Positions 1-10,280 of a stretch of DNA of 64,000 bases are shown one piece after another. The DNA is taken from IMG/VR virus record IMGVR_UViG_3300042887_005053, positions 124,001 to 188,000 of that record; one strand, 5' to 3'. A model generated the notes under the pieces. It did not search any database, was not told the origin of the DNA, and saw only the letters and a list, made by a program, of their open reading frames with translations. The translations under genes were made by a program, and so were the position numbers. How positions within the stretch are numbered: position 1 is the stretch's first letter; each line of letters begins with the position of its first letter.

Positions 1-2
1 GG

Positions 3-671
3 AAAATTACAAATAGAGAAGAAGCTAATCAATACTACAAGCAAATAAATGAAGTAATTGATGAGTATATCAAGGATTGGAAGATTAGACCTACTGAAGT
101 ATATCACTATTTCAAAAGAAATATGAATAGTTTTTTAGAAGAGATAGGGTTATCTGACGTGATTGGTATACATAAAGTAGTTGAAGATGTTTTAACTCAT
201 AAGAGAAACATAGAATTAGATGCCGTTTTGACCTTTGAGAGTTTCAATTCATTGGATAAATTAGAATACGAGAAGGTTTTAGGTGACTTTTTTCAAGTAG
301 GTTTAGGACATATAGACATAGTTGATTCTAATAATAATATTTTTAGGGTGAAAGACTTTGGTGAAAGTAAATTTGTTGCTTGTTATAGTAAATCAGACAT
401 TTTAGACATTACCGAAGAAGTTGTTAATGAACTGATGGAGATTGCAGTTTCAAGAATGGTTTCTATTCCCACAGAAGAAATGTCGGTCAAATTCTTTATT
501 GAAGACATAGTAGATAAGGATAAACTCCGAAATAAATTGATGAGTGAAGTTAAAACTGATATATTCAAACTTCTTGAGTACAGAATAAAGAAAAATGAGT
601 CTATTCCTTTAAGTTCGAAGATTATTAAAAGAGAGGATTTAGGCAATTATCTCGTATTCTACTTCTGTTAG
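3..671 (+). CDS. Hypothetical protein, 5'-truncated by the window edge
   Basis: The frame of the 123..671 ORF is open back to base 3 (KITNREEANQYYKQINEVIDEYIKDWKIRPTEVYHYFKRN-M), so the gene starts upstream. It contains an internal VLTFESF motif like the N-terminal motif family in this window. Confidence 0.7.
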   Translation, partial: KITNREEANQYYKQINEVIDEYIKDWKIRPTEVYHYFKRNMNSFLEEIGLSDVIGIHKVVEDVLTHKRNIELDAVLTFESFNSLDKLEYEKVLGDFFQVGLGHIDIVDSNNNIFRVKDFGESKFVACYSKSDILDITEEVVNELMEIAVSRMVSIPTEEMSVKFFIEDIVDKDKLRNKLMSEVKTDIFKLLEYRIKKNESIPLSSKIIKREDLGNYLVFYFC

Positions 672-774
672 TTGGTTGGTCTTTCCTGTTATTTATTCAA
701 CATCATGATATCTTCTACTATTATTTTTTGTGTTTTAATCTGTTCCTTTTTTTTTTAATCGGAGTTTTAAATTT

Positions 775-783
775 TAATATATA
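775..783 (+). promoter_or_regulatory. Late-type promoter motif TAATATATA (representative of >20 copies, consensus WWATATATA)
   Basis: Lies 21 nt before the ATG at 805. The same motif precedes most structural genes on both strands (positions listed in findings). Confidence 0.7.
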
Positions 784-804
784 CTTTTAAAATTAATAGT
801 ATTT

Positions 805-1836
805 ATGCCATCTATAGGTTTACCGGGTTCTGCAACATATGCTGTGACTTTGACAGGTATTGAGGAAATGCTTTCGGCCTTACCCGATAATAATGCTAAT
901 GAGATTGCAGCTCGTGATGTTCGAGATGTAGTCTATACTTTATATGATGAGATTGTAGGTTTAAGTAATTCTGTGTCGAATTTTGATATTACTTATACTA
1001 ATACAGAACCTTCGTCTGCTGCGGTTGGTGGTATTACTCAAGGTGTTGCTTTTGTAAATCGTACTATACAACAAATGTTTGATGATATGTTTTACCCTTA
1101 TGTTCCACCAGTTACTGTTTTTTCTGTATCTCCTTCGATCATTGAATTTGGTGATAGTGTAACTAGAGTTAGTTCTAACTGGACAATTCAGGCAAAAAAG
1201 AATAATATAGTAACCGCAATTATTACTAGACCTTTTAATGTACCTACTACTGAAACAGTTGTTACTCCTTTAGCAAATACTACAGCTACTGCAATTTTGA
1301 CAAATGGTATTCCACAATTGAATACTACTACGACTTTTCAATTTGATGTTAATGATGGTTCGCAAACTATAAATAAATCTGCTAACATAACTTGGGGTTC
1401 CAAAAAGTACTATGGTACAATTGATTTGTTTACCCTAACAGGGTATGACGGTTTTGTTTTAACACCAAAACTAAATTTAACATTGTATCCACTTATATCT
1501 AACGCAGGTATATCTGCCTCAGTTAATTCTGTTATTACTAATACTTCGATTTTGAATTTAGAATATAACACATTATCTTCTGGGCCAGCTCTTGCAGAGA
1601 CTAACATCCCAACTTTGAACAATACTTTCATGATGTTTGCTTGGCCAACTACTGCACAGAACATAAACTTCTTTGTTGGTGCAGGTTCTCAGTTACCAGA
1701 TACAGCTTTCACAAAAGTAAGATCTAATTGGAGTGGTATGACTAATTCATTTGGATATGACGGTACGAATTACGATGTATGGGTTTCGAATATCTCTTAC
1801 CCTAGCGCAACAAAAATAAGAATTACAGTAGGATAA
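805..1836 (+). CDS. Virion structural / fibre-associated beta-rich protein
   Basis: 343 aa, T/S/N-rich. Shares a module with 4803..7037 (QMFDDMFYP~EVFQDILYG, WGSKKYYG~YYWAVYFG, TNSFG..NYDVW~TNSYG..DYNLY). First gene of the structural array. Confidence 0.55.
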   Translation: MPSIGLPGSATYAVTLTGIEEMLSALPDNNANEIAARDVRDVVYTLYDEIVGLSNSVSNFDITYTNTEPSSAAVGGITQGVAFVNRTIQQMFDDMFYPYVPPVTVFSVSPSIIEFGDSVTRVSSNWTIQAKKNNIVTAIITRPFNVPTTETVVTPLANTTATAILTNGIPQLNTTTTFQFDVNDGSQTINKSANITWGSKKYYGTIDLFTLTGYDGFVLTPKLNLTLYPLISNAGISASVNSVITNTSILNLEYNTLSSGPALAETNIPTLNNTFMMFAWPTTAQNINFFVGAGSQLPDTAFTKVRSNWSGMTNSFGYDGTNYDVWVSNISYPSATKIRITVG

Positions 1837-1837
1837 T

Positions 1838-4768
1838 ATGGCACAAAACATAGGTACATTAGTAGGTTCAGCAATAAGACCAATTTATGATGATTTAGCT
1901 ATTGCTTCGGCATATAGTAATGAATTAAAAGGTGGTCATCATGTTTATGCAACACATGCAGAAATGGAACTAATTATTGAACCAAGAAGAGATTGGGGAA
2001 TGTTGGTTACTGTCTATAATGATAATATTGACTCTTCTAAAAATAAGACTTATGTATTAAAGTATAATTACGATGATCTCAACATCATGAACAACAACAA
2101 CTGGATTCCTTATAGTCCATCTGTTGAACCCTTAAACAAAGAATGGATTGATTCTGTTTCAAGCATAGATAGTATTCCTCCTGTGTCACCTGCTGATGGA
2201 TTAAGAATTTTAATCAGTAACAATCCAACTGGTGTTTTTGCGACTTATGAAAATCAATTAGCTATTTATAATGCTGCTACAACTACTTGGAAGTTTTATG
2301 TCCCAACTAATGGTTGGACTGTTCGTGTAGATAGTATACCAAATTCAATTTTTAAGTTTGACGGATCAAATTGGAAAAGAGAGTTCGTAAACTCAGTCAG
2401 ATATTTACAGGCTACTAGTCCTAATGATTTAGATTATGTAGTCTTATCAGCCTCCGCATCTGCTGGAACAGGTGATTTGGACTGGAAAAATTCAAACATT
2501 GTACCAGTAGATTCCTACAGCTATAGTGTTTATTATATCACTTTTGGAAGTACAAATTCAGGCACAACTACTTTACAGATCGATAATTTGTCAACTACTT
2601 CTGTTAAGAAATTTGAAAATGGAGTATTGGTAGATTTAGCTTCTGGTGATTTAATTCCAGGTATATCTTATCAAGTTCTGTGGAACAGTGTAAGTAATGT
2701 TTTTCAAACTTCACCACCTGCTCAGACGGTCACTACTATTGGACCAGCTCCGGATGGTTCTTATACGGATGGGCTTTATCCTTTTACACCTACGACACCA
2801 ATTGGGACAGCAGTGGATAATTTTAATGAAGTGTTAAAAGCTTTAGTACCACCTTCTGCCCCTGATCTACAGAATTGGGACTTAAATCCTACAACTAGAT
2901 TTACAAATGGTGGTCTTTCATTTGACAATACAACTTCTGGTTATTCTTCAGCTACTCAGTCACCGACTCCAGTTGCTATCAAAGGACAATTTAATCCTTT
3001 ATCTGTCAATAAAGATACACCTAACAACCCAAGTAACTTTCAAAGAATGGGAATTACTTCCAGAGTTACTCAACCAAGAACAACAGCTTTCTATTCAGCC
3101 GACATTACGGGTGAATTCAATTCAGTTGTCACGTCTACAAATCCAACTAGTATCACAACACCAACAGTTGCATATGCAGTAAAAAGTTTTGGTAACGGTA
3201 TGACTGGAACGATGTCTTTTTTAGTGAACGGTGTGACTGTATCTTCTGTTGACTTAACCAATTCTGGTGCGATAGATACTACAGTATTTAACTCAGTTTC
3301 TGGAGGAACATCTGGGTTTGTTCTTAGTGCTGCTACTTCTTCGAAATTTCCAGGAGGTGCTGCATTTGAGACATTTATGAATAGAACTGGTAGTTATAGA
3401 CTAAAAAGAGAGAGTAATTATATAGTAGAAGGGTATAATTATTTAGTAGTTAGACACGACATTACGCCATCCTCTTCGATAGTACTTGCTAGAAAGGAGT
3501 TTGTTGCAGATTCTTCAACTGCTGAGATTGCTGCAACTGTAGTGACACCGAGACTGACTAGTACTGTCGGTAACACTAAGAAATTTTTATCTGGAATTGA
3601 ATATTATAATACGAACTTTAGTTGGAAGTATGAATCAACACTTTCTAATGTTTTTTCTAATACTTACAACACTGACACGGATGCTTTGATATTCGAAGAT
3701 GTATCGGATAGCACAGTGAATAACCTAACAGGATATCTAACCACATCGAGTGGATTGGGTATTTCTTCACCAACGATTACAAATAATTCTTTAGACACTA
3801 GTTTTCTTGTTACGCCTAATTCAACTTTACCAATTAGTATGACCTTTTCTTTACTCGCTTCTAAGAGAAGAATTAATGAGTCTCTTAAATTCAGAGTAAA
3901 AGTTAAAAAAACAGTACAAGGAACATTTATAGGTGCAACAGTTTCAAGTGATGGATTGATAAGTAAAGATAATTGGTTTGTAGACACTTATCCCAACAGC
4001 TCTACTGCTACTAATGAGCCTTTTCAAGATGAGAATTATAGACTTCAAAATGGTTCTTCGAAATACGGAGCTACTTTTGATATACATAATGTGACTAGTG
4101 GTAATCCATTTCCTGCTTCTGCTTGGAACTCGACATTAAGTCTGTTTAATGGATCTAATCAGACTAATGGTTTGATTGTGATAAACGATTCTTTGATGTA
4201 TCCAAGAAATAATTCTAATTGGGATTTCTCCTTACCAGGGAATTCAACAACAAATCTTAATTTTGGTATTTCCGATAGAAACTATCAGAACTGTGATTCA
4301 GTATCTTCTGGATTTCCAGCGGTAAGTGGTAATTCAAATTATAGAACTTTCACTAGGTGGACATACTGGGGCACTGGTTCTAAAAAAACATTTGTTATGA
4401 ATGTTACTTTCGAAGGGGTAACTTGGGTGAATTCAAATGTTCCTTTAACAGGTAACCAGTGCTGGTTCGAAGTTAAACTTCCTTTTAAAACAGGATCAAC
4501 AATACCGGGAGGAACGTCTATTGAATCATCTGGTTCAACTACTGGTTGGATGGATGCGACAAAAGCATTCAATCCAACTCTATTCGGAGATGGTGCTGGG
4601 TGTTTTGATGCCTCGGGTTCGGCAGCAAATGCTCCTAATACATCTGGAGTAAACTGGGCTATTAACTTTGGTTCTAGAGGTACAATAACATCAGGTGGTT
4701 ATCTGTTGTGGAGAATCACTATGGGGCCAAATAATTCTGGAAGAATTAATCAAGTTAATATAACTTAA
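1838..4768 (+). CDS. Large virion fibre/decoration protein
   Basis: 976 aa. N-terminal ELKGG..RRDWGMLVTV module shared with 7951..8646, a phage-fibre-type FGSTNSGTTTLQIDNL module, and a C-terminal part paralogous to 10281..12146. Confidence 0.6.
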   Translation: MAQNIGTLVGSAIRPIYDDLAIASAYSNELKGGHHVYATHAEMELIIEPRRDWGMLVTVYNDNIDSSKNKTYVLKYNYDDLNIMNNNNWIPYSPSVEPLNKEWIDSVSSIDSIPPVSPADGLRILISNNPTGVFATYENQLAIYNAATTTWKFYVPTNGWTVRVDSIPNSIFKFDGSNWKREFVNSVRYLQATSPNDLDYVVLSASASAGTGDLDWKNSNIVPVDSYSYSVYYITFGSTNSGTTTLQIDNLSTTSVKKFENGVLVDLASGDLIPGISYQVLWNSVSNVFQTSPPAQTVTTIGPAPDGSYTDGLYPFTPTTPIGTAVDNFNEVLKALVPPSAPDLQNWDLNPTTRFTNGGLSFDNTTSGYSSATQSPTPVAIKGQFNPLSVNKDTPNNPSNFQRMGITSRVTQPRTTAFYSADITGEFNSVVTSTNPTSITTPTVAYAVKSFGNGMTGTMSFLVNGVTVSSVDLTNSGAIDTTVFNSVSGGTSGFVLSAATSSKFPGGAAFETFMNRTGSYRLKRESNYIVEGYNYLVVRHDITPSSSIVLARKEFVADSSTAEIAATVVTPRLTSTVGNTKKFLSGIEYYNTNFSWKYESTLSNVFSNTYNTDTDALIFEDVSDSTVNNLTGYLTTSSGLGISSPTITNNSLDTSFLVTPNSTLPISMTFSLLASKRRINESLKFRVKVKKTVQGTFIGATVSSDGLISKDNWFVDTYPNSSTATNEPFQDENYRLQNGSSKYGATFDIHNVTSGNPFPASAWNSTLSLFNGSNQTNGLIVINDSLMYPRNNSNWDFSLPGNSTTNLNFGISDRNYQNCDSVSSGFPAVSGNSNYRTFTRWTYWGTGSKKTFVMNVTFEGVTWVNSNVPLTGNQCWFEVKLPFKTGSTIPGGTSIESSGSTTGWMDATKAFNPTLFGDGAGCFDASGSAANAPNTSGVNWAINFGSRGTITSGGYLLWRITMGPNNSGRINQVNIT

Positions 4769-4802
4769 TGAAGATATATAATAAAAATATTTAGAAAGTA
4801 AT

Positions 4803-7037
4803 ATGGCAATAAGCCCCTCAACTCAAGGACAAATAGCATTTAAGAATCTTTTAGGTAAGTCACAAACCAATGCACTTTACGGATTGTTGAATGAGGCGAA
4901 TGGTATAGCATTTGATATATTATCGAAAAATGTATGGTTAGATACGATTCCAACATCTTCTGCAACAGCAATTCAACAAGGAGTTACTTTAACTGTGTAC
5001 GCTACACTTGATCCAATTCTTGATTCAAATGGTCGAGCATTTTTTACAAGGTGGCCATCAACCGTTCCAACAGGTACTGATTTGAAGACCGGATTACCTT
5101 TTGAATACAATAAAGGATCTTTATTGGGAATCAATGCAAATGACAGGATCACGAGTGTTATTCCTGATTCGATAAATTTAGACTATTTAGTTAAACCTTA
5201 TAGCTCATTCACATCCGATACGGTGAACACCGAAATCCCAGCTCTAGACATTAGGGACTGGGTTTATCAATATAACTCAGGTATTTTTTATCAAGACAAC
5301 ACCTCTGCTACTTATCCTGCTCCGGTCAGAATTAGAGTTTATCCTTATATAGGTTCAAAACTTACGAATTTATCTACTCAAGAGAACATTAGAATTTCTG
5401 CATTTGGTACTAACAGTTATCAAGCAACTTATAGTACTCCCACAATCGCTACTTATTCAAGTAACTATTTATATTTAGTTGATTTCAAGAATTCTAACAC
5501 TACTGGTGATGTCACATTAAACGTAAATGGCATCGGTACAGTTTCTATTTATCAATATGGGCCAACTGGTTTAGGTAATCTTTTACCAGGTGATATAACT
5601 GGTGCTACTGGTCCAAATGGTGCTACCGCTGGTCCTCTTTATTATCTAACATATAATTCTGGTTATTTTCAGTTCTATAAAAATAATCCAGTTCAATCAA
5701 ATTCAGTTTTTACTCAGCTAACTCCAACTCAGAAACAAGTTGGTTGGGTAGATGTTAATACCAGATTCGATAATGTAAACTTACAAGAAGTTTTCCAAGA
5801 TATTTTATACGGTGATCGACTTGGTAGAATAGAAAGTTTCCAGTTGTACGGGACTCAAGGTGTTGTGAGTAACATTCTCGAAGTGGGGCAACCAACCGGT
5901 TTTGATACTTTCACTTTTTCATGGACGTTATCTCAACCAATTGGTGGTGATTTTTTAACATCTTCTTTCAGAATTTTAGATAAAAATGGTGACGTGGTTA
6001 TTCCGGATTTTAATAACAATGTAGATGGAACTCAGATTTTTGAGGCACAACATGTTAATTTATTGTCAGGTCAGTTTTTGCAAAGCTCGCCGAATGATCA
6101 ATTTTTTGATTTTGAAGCAAAGAGAAGTAATGGAACAACAATACAAAAAAGACTGACATTTGACTACTACTGGGCTGTATACTTTGGCTCAACCAGTAGT
6201 CTTGAGTTAACAAACGATGACATCTTATCATTTAGTAAGATACTAGCAACCAATTCTAACTTAGTAATGGGTGTTAATGGGTCCGGTTATAAATATATTG
6301 CTATACCAGATGATATTGATCAAATATACAGTGTTACAATAGATGGAAATGGCGGTGTAATGGTGGGTACATCAAGTACATTCAGTCATTATGGGGATGT
6401 TAGATCATTCACACATTCTGACTCAAAATTAACTGAGAATAATATTACACTTACATCTTATAATTTTGGACAAATAAGAGTTACAAACTCATATGGAGTA
6501 GGACATGATTATAATCTTTACAGAACAGAGAACTTTATTAACACAGATGTGGTCATCGAGACTTCTGGAGTGATAAATGATTTGAATCCAGTTTTGATGG
6601 GTGGTCAAGGTGAAGTTGGACCGATTGGGCCGCAGGGTCCAACAGGACCATTGGGAGGTCCAGTTGGTCCAACGGGTGCGACTGGTGTTCAAGGAGCTAC
6701 TGGTCCGATTGGAAATGTGACTGATATAGGTGTTAAATTTGTTGAAGTGACTGATTTGTATACATTTTCAAGTATTGATATTAACTACATAGTATCGATG
6801 AGTCACTCAGCAAGTGCTTCAGTTGTGATTCCTTTATATTCTACTAGTCCTATAGCTACGGCATCACAAATTATGATTGTGAATTGGAGTGGAGCAACTC
6901 TATCGGTATCACCAGAGAGTGGTGTAATTTTATTAAGTGCAGACTCATCAAGAAGAATTAGAACACAATATTCAGTAGGTACAATTGTACACATGTCTCA
7001 GGATGTTTGGTTACTTACAGGAGATTTAACTAGTTAG
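4803..7037 (+). CDS. Virion fibre protein with a short collagen-like segment
   Basis: 744 aa. N-terminus paralogous to 12157..14310 (FKNLLGKSQT..NE..VWLDTIP vs FKKVVAAKSDT..EE..IWLQSNQIP). G-X-Y stretch, then a C-terminal ..RTQYS....WLLTGDL domain typical of phage fibres. Confidence 0.6.
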   Translation: MAISPSTQGQIAFKNLLGKSQTNALYGLLNEANGIAFDILSKNVWLDTIPTSSATAIQQGVTLTVYATLDPILDSNGRAFFTRWPSTVPTGTDLKTGLPFEYNKGSLLGINANDRITSVIPDSINLDYLVKPYSSFTSDTVNTEIPALDIRDWVYQYNSGIFYQDNTSATYPAPVRIRVYPYIGSKLTNLSTQENIRISAFGTNSYQATYSTPTIATYSSNYLYLVDFKNSNTTGDVTLNVNGIGTVSIYQYGPTGLGNLLPGDITGATGPNGATAGPLYYLTYNSGYFQFYKNNPVQSNSVFTQLTPTQKQVGWVDVNTRFDNVNLQEVFQDILYGDRLGRIESFQLYGTQGVVSNILEVGQPTGFDTFTFSWTLSQPIGGDFLTSSFRILDKNGDVVIPDFNNNVDGTQIFEAQHVNLLSGQFLQSSPNDQFFDFEAKRSNGTTIQKRLTFDYYWAVYFGSTSSLELTNDDILSFSKILATNSNLVMGVNGSGYKYIAIPDDIDQIYSVTIDGNGGVMVGTSSTFSHYGDVRSFTHSDSKLTENNITLTSYNFGQIRVTNSYGVGHDYNLYRTENFINTDVVIETSGVINDLNPVLMGGQGEVGPIGPQGPTGPLGGPVGPTGATGVQGATGPIGNVTDIGVKFVEVTDLYTFSSIDINYIVSMSHSASASVVIPLYSTSPIATASQIMIVNWSGATLSVSPESGVILLSADSSRRIRTQYSVGTIVHMSQDVWLLTGDLTS
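6600..6713 (+). repeat. Collagen-like Gly-X-Y repeat (about 11 triplets, one interruption)
   Basis: Encodes GGQGEVGPIGPQGPTGPLGGPVGPTGATGVQGATGPIG. Confidence 0.9.
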
Positions 7038-7041
7038 AAAT

Positions 7042-7917
7042 ATGATAACATTTTTAAATACATCTATCTCGTCTTCAACATTTGACATAGATGCTCTTGA
7101 ATTCATAAAAGTTGCAGGAGTAACCAATTCATTTCATAAAAGAGCGTTAAATGATTTGTGTGTAGAATTAAAATCAAATGGATTTTGGGATGCTAGTTAT
7201 AGAATTTTCCCGATGATTTATGCCGGAACTACATCTAGTATATTATTAGAATTAAAGACTAGAACTTCTCTGATTGAGGATACTGGATATGGTAGTACAA
7301 GTGCTACATTCTCAAACACGGGTATTTATTTTAATAGTGGTGTAAACTATTATGATAGTCAAACTTGGACACCTGACTCGTCAGTAAAACCAGGTTATAT
7401 TTCAGTCTGGAGTACAACTAATTTATCAACATCTGGTTTAACTTCGTCTGGATTTGGTTATATAAACTCTCAACAAAATGGTCCTTATATTTTACTCGGC
7501 ACGAATTCAGTAAGTGCATCTCTTTGGAATGACTCAACTTATATACCAAATTATGGTGCTCATACATTTTCGTCTGTAGATTCTGAAGGATTTTTCATAT
7601 ATAGTAATCAGGACAACAATAACGACAATACTGCTTCCAATAATAATAAATATATATTTTATTTGAGTAAAAATGGCCAAATATTGGGAACACAATCAAG
7701 TAGAAGTAATATTAGTAGTGGAGGCACGAATTTTAATCTTGGATCAATTATCAATTTAAGTTTATTACCTAATCTATATACAAATGTTGCTAATTCACAA
7801 ATATCTTGGTTTTCTTACGGAGGTGGTTCTAAAGAATTTGGTGGTCAGATAAATATTGAAAATCAGGAAAAGTTTTATGAAATAGTTTCTAAATTTCAAA
7901 AAGCTTTAGGAAGATAG
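7042..7917 (+). CDS. Putative LamG/ConA-like lectin-fold virion protein
   Basis: 291 aa. The N-terminal DALEFIKVAG...ALNDL..ELKSNGFWD...IFPM and C-terminal FYEIVSKFQKALGR ends resemble aquatic-phage lectin-like structural proteins. Confidence 0.45.
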   Translation: MITFLNTSISSSTFDIDALEFIKVAGVTNSFHKRALNDLCVELKSNGFWDASYRIFPMIYAGTTSSILLELKTRTSLIEDTGYGSTSATFSNTGIYFNSGVNYYDSQTWTPDSSVKPGYISVWSTTNLSTSGLTSSGFGYINSQQNGPYILLGTNSVSASLWNDSTYIPNYGAHTFSSVDSEGFFIYSNQDNNNDNTASNNNKYIFYLSKNGQILGTQSSRSNISSGGTNFNLGSIINLSLLPNLYTNVANSQISWFSYGGGSKEFGGQINIENQEKFYEIVSKFQKALGR

Positions 7918-7950
7918 GTTAAAGAAGTTTAAAATTTTATATATAGTGTT

Positions 7951-8646
7951 ATGGGATTTAAAGTTAGCGGTACGGTTGAACCAGTAAGTTTAGTGGATAA
8001 CTATCCAGTTATAGATCCAATGTTTGGTATTGATGGGTTGAGATGTGTCTCTTCAACATCTGAGATGTATAACCTTCCTTTGGAAAGAAGAAGAGGTGGT
8101 ATGATCGTAGGTGTTCAAGATAATATTAACACAACTACGGTTTATTATAAACTAAAACCCGGTGTAACTTGGGAGATCGGTAGTGCCAGTAACTGGGATT
8201 TGTTATTTGATTTTGGTACATCCAGTGCTTTTTATGTAAAAAAGTTCATTGCAAATGAAACACTTACTGTTCCAGCAAATTATCAGTATTTAGTTTATGG
8301 TGACTTAACTATAGCTACTGGTGGTAATTTTCAGAATGGTGGTAACGCGATAATTATTAATGGTAATTTGAATTTAGTTGGAACTGGTACTTGGTCAAAC
8401 ATTGGTTCGGGTACTCTAGAGTTAGTATCACTAGACCAAACAGCTAAATATTCCGCTACTTTTACTATACCTAAAGATCAAGGGTTTTTTACTGTTAGTC
8501 ACTTATTAAATAGTGACGACATAATTTATTCAATTAGAGATGGTAACAATATAATTTATCCAAATGTTGAAATATTAGACTCTAACAATATAGTGATAAG
8601 AACAATAGGTACTGTTAGTAATGGTAGAATTAATATAATTAAGTAA
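7951..8646 (+). CDS. Virion structural protein
   Basis: 231 aa. N-terminal module (GIDGLR...EMYNLPLERRRGGMIVGV) paralogous to the 1838 N-terminus. C-terminal SHLLNSDDIIYSI module paralogous to the 12157 C-terminus (THSLNTTDFVIQM). Confidence 0.55.
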   Translation: MGFKVSGTVEPVSLVDNYPVIDPMFGIDGLRCVSSTSEMYNLPLERRRGGMIVGVQDNINTTTVYYKLKPGVTWEIGSASNWDLLFDFGTSSAFYVKKFIANETLTVPANYQYLVYGDLTIATGGNFQNGGNAIIINGNLNLVGTGTWSNIGSGTLELVSLDQTAKYSATFTIPKDQGFFTVSHLLNSDDIIYSIRDGNNIIYPNVEILDSNNIVIRTIGTVSNGRINIIK

Positions 8647-8648
8647 AG

Positions 8649-10223
8649 ATGGCTCAGAATAGAATTTTTGATATATTTGATTGGAAGACAGTAACTGCTA
8701 CAGTATCTATACCAGATGCCGAATTCAGTAAAATTTATCCACAAAATGACGGGTATTGGTACACACAAGATGATATTCAAAGAAAGAGAATAGCTTGGTA
8801 CAATGAATTCAAAAACGGGTTTACCACAACTACTTCCACGAACAGTGTATACGGATTAGATGTTACATTGAATATCGGACCTGGTTTAACTTTTAGTACA
8901 GATGATCCATCTATAGTTTATATCAAAGGACTTACTGCTTTAGCATTTGGTGCTGGATTTACAGCAAGTCAAGTTCCATTCACAAATATAGATGGTGAAT
9001 TCACATTCATAGATTTTCCAAACATTAATGGAACACTAAACAGAATTCCAAAGTTCAATTCTGGTAATTCACTAGTGGATAGCTCTATGCAAGAGGATTC
9101 AAGTAAACTAGATTTTAACATTACGTCTTTACCTACTATTGTCGCTGCTTTACCAACTGTTGGTGGTTATCGTTATTCAATGATGGGAGGGCCTATTGTT
9201 ATAAATGACAAACTGTATTTAGATGACAACACTAATTTTTATATCGAGGTACCTGACAGTGATAATTTAAATATTTACACCGATAAAAATTTTTCGATTA
9301 TTGAGAACACAGACTCTTATTACATACTAAGACACAGAGATGATCTTGTTTACAAAACTTTTTCAGTTTTGAATGGATTATTTGAGATTGGTTCAGCAAC
9401 AGAGTCTGGTAGAGCCGGTCTTTATGCTCCATATTTAAACTCTTTTGTAATTGGTTCAACAGATAGTGGTACCTACAGTACAAATAGTTCATTTGTTTTT
9501 TTATCAAGTACGATGAGTGCTGTCAGAATATCTGATGGTACAGAAGGTAGATACAAATTTTTTGTTTCTGATGACATAGGAAGAGGTCAATGGCTCTCAT
9601 TAACATCTGGTCCTGGTATCAAAGTTGATGCAATGACAATATCAATCGGTTTAAGCGGTTCTGGACTTAGCTTCAGTCAGGATGATAGTCACTTACTGTT
9701 TTTAGACTATTCAATTTTTGATTTATCTTCGTTTACTTATTCTTATAACAATGATTCTCCTGGTCCGACTTTTGGACTTTCTCCAACAGGAGTCACCGCT
9801 GGAACATACGGATCATCCACAGAAATTTTACAGCTAATCGTCAATTCAGATGGTCGTATAAGTAACATTGTGACACAATCATTCACGGCTAGCTCTGGTA
9901 ATGTAGTTAGCTCACCTTATGACAAGAGGTGGTCATCACTTTTTGTTGATGTGGATGGAACTACAGCTAGTGGTTCGAGTATGTCATATACACCAATAGT
10001 AGGTAGTTATGTGAGTGTTTTTGTAAATGGTCAGGAATTCGATGTAGGGTGGGGAACTACAAACTCATCTTGTTATTTTGGAACACACTCACAAATTCCC
10101 AAAGGATTCTCCTCTTCAAACAGAATTGAAGCAGGTGACTATTTATATTGGAATCCTTCCGTTTCTGGATTTAATTTAGAAGAGAATTATAGAATTTCGG
10201 TTCATTATTTATATAATCTATGA
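8649..10223 (+). CDS. Virion fibre/structural protein
   Basis: 524 aa. Contains the GVTAGTYG...NSDGRI motif common in phage fibres and GLTFS/GLSFS shaft-like repeats. Confidence 0.55.
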   Translation: MAQNRIFDIFDWKTVTATVSIPDAEFSKIYPQNDGYWYTQDDIQRKRIAWYNEFKNGFTTTTSTNSVYGLDVTLNIGPGLTFSTDDPSIVYIKGLTALAFGAGFTASQVPFTNIDGEFTFIDFPNINGTLNRIPKFNSGNSLVDSSMQEDSSKLDFNITSLPTIVAALPTVGGYRYSMMGGPIVINDKLYLDDNTNFYIEVPDSDNLNIYTDKNFSIIENTDSYYILRHRDDLVYKTFSVLNGLFEIGSATESGRAGLYAPYLNSFVIGSTDSGTYSTNSSFVFLSSTMSAVRISDGTEGRYKFFVSDDIGRGQWLSLTSGPGIKVDAMTISIGLSGSGLSFSQDDSHLLFLDYSIFDLSSFTYSYNNDSPGPTFGLSPTGVTAGTYGSSTEILQLIVNSDGRISNIVTQSFTASSGNVVSSPYDKRWSSLFVDVDGTTASGSSMSYTPIVGSYVSVFVNGQEFDVGWGTTNSSCYFGTHSQIPKGFSSSNRIEAGDYLYWNPSVSGFNLEENYRISVHYLYNL

Positions 10224-10280
10224 TTTTTACATGGATAGAGTTTTGATTTTTAATATATAAATCAAAATATTCTTTAGTTA

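Noticed and set aside
672-770. T-rich intergenic stretch as a possible ncRNA
   Set aside because: No stable stem or conserved motif is visible. It is consistent with a spacer before the promoter at 775.
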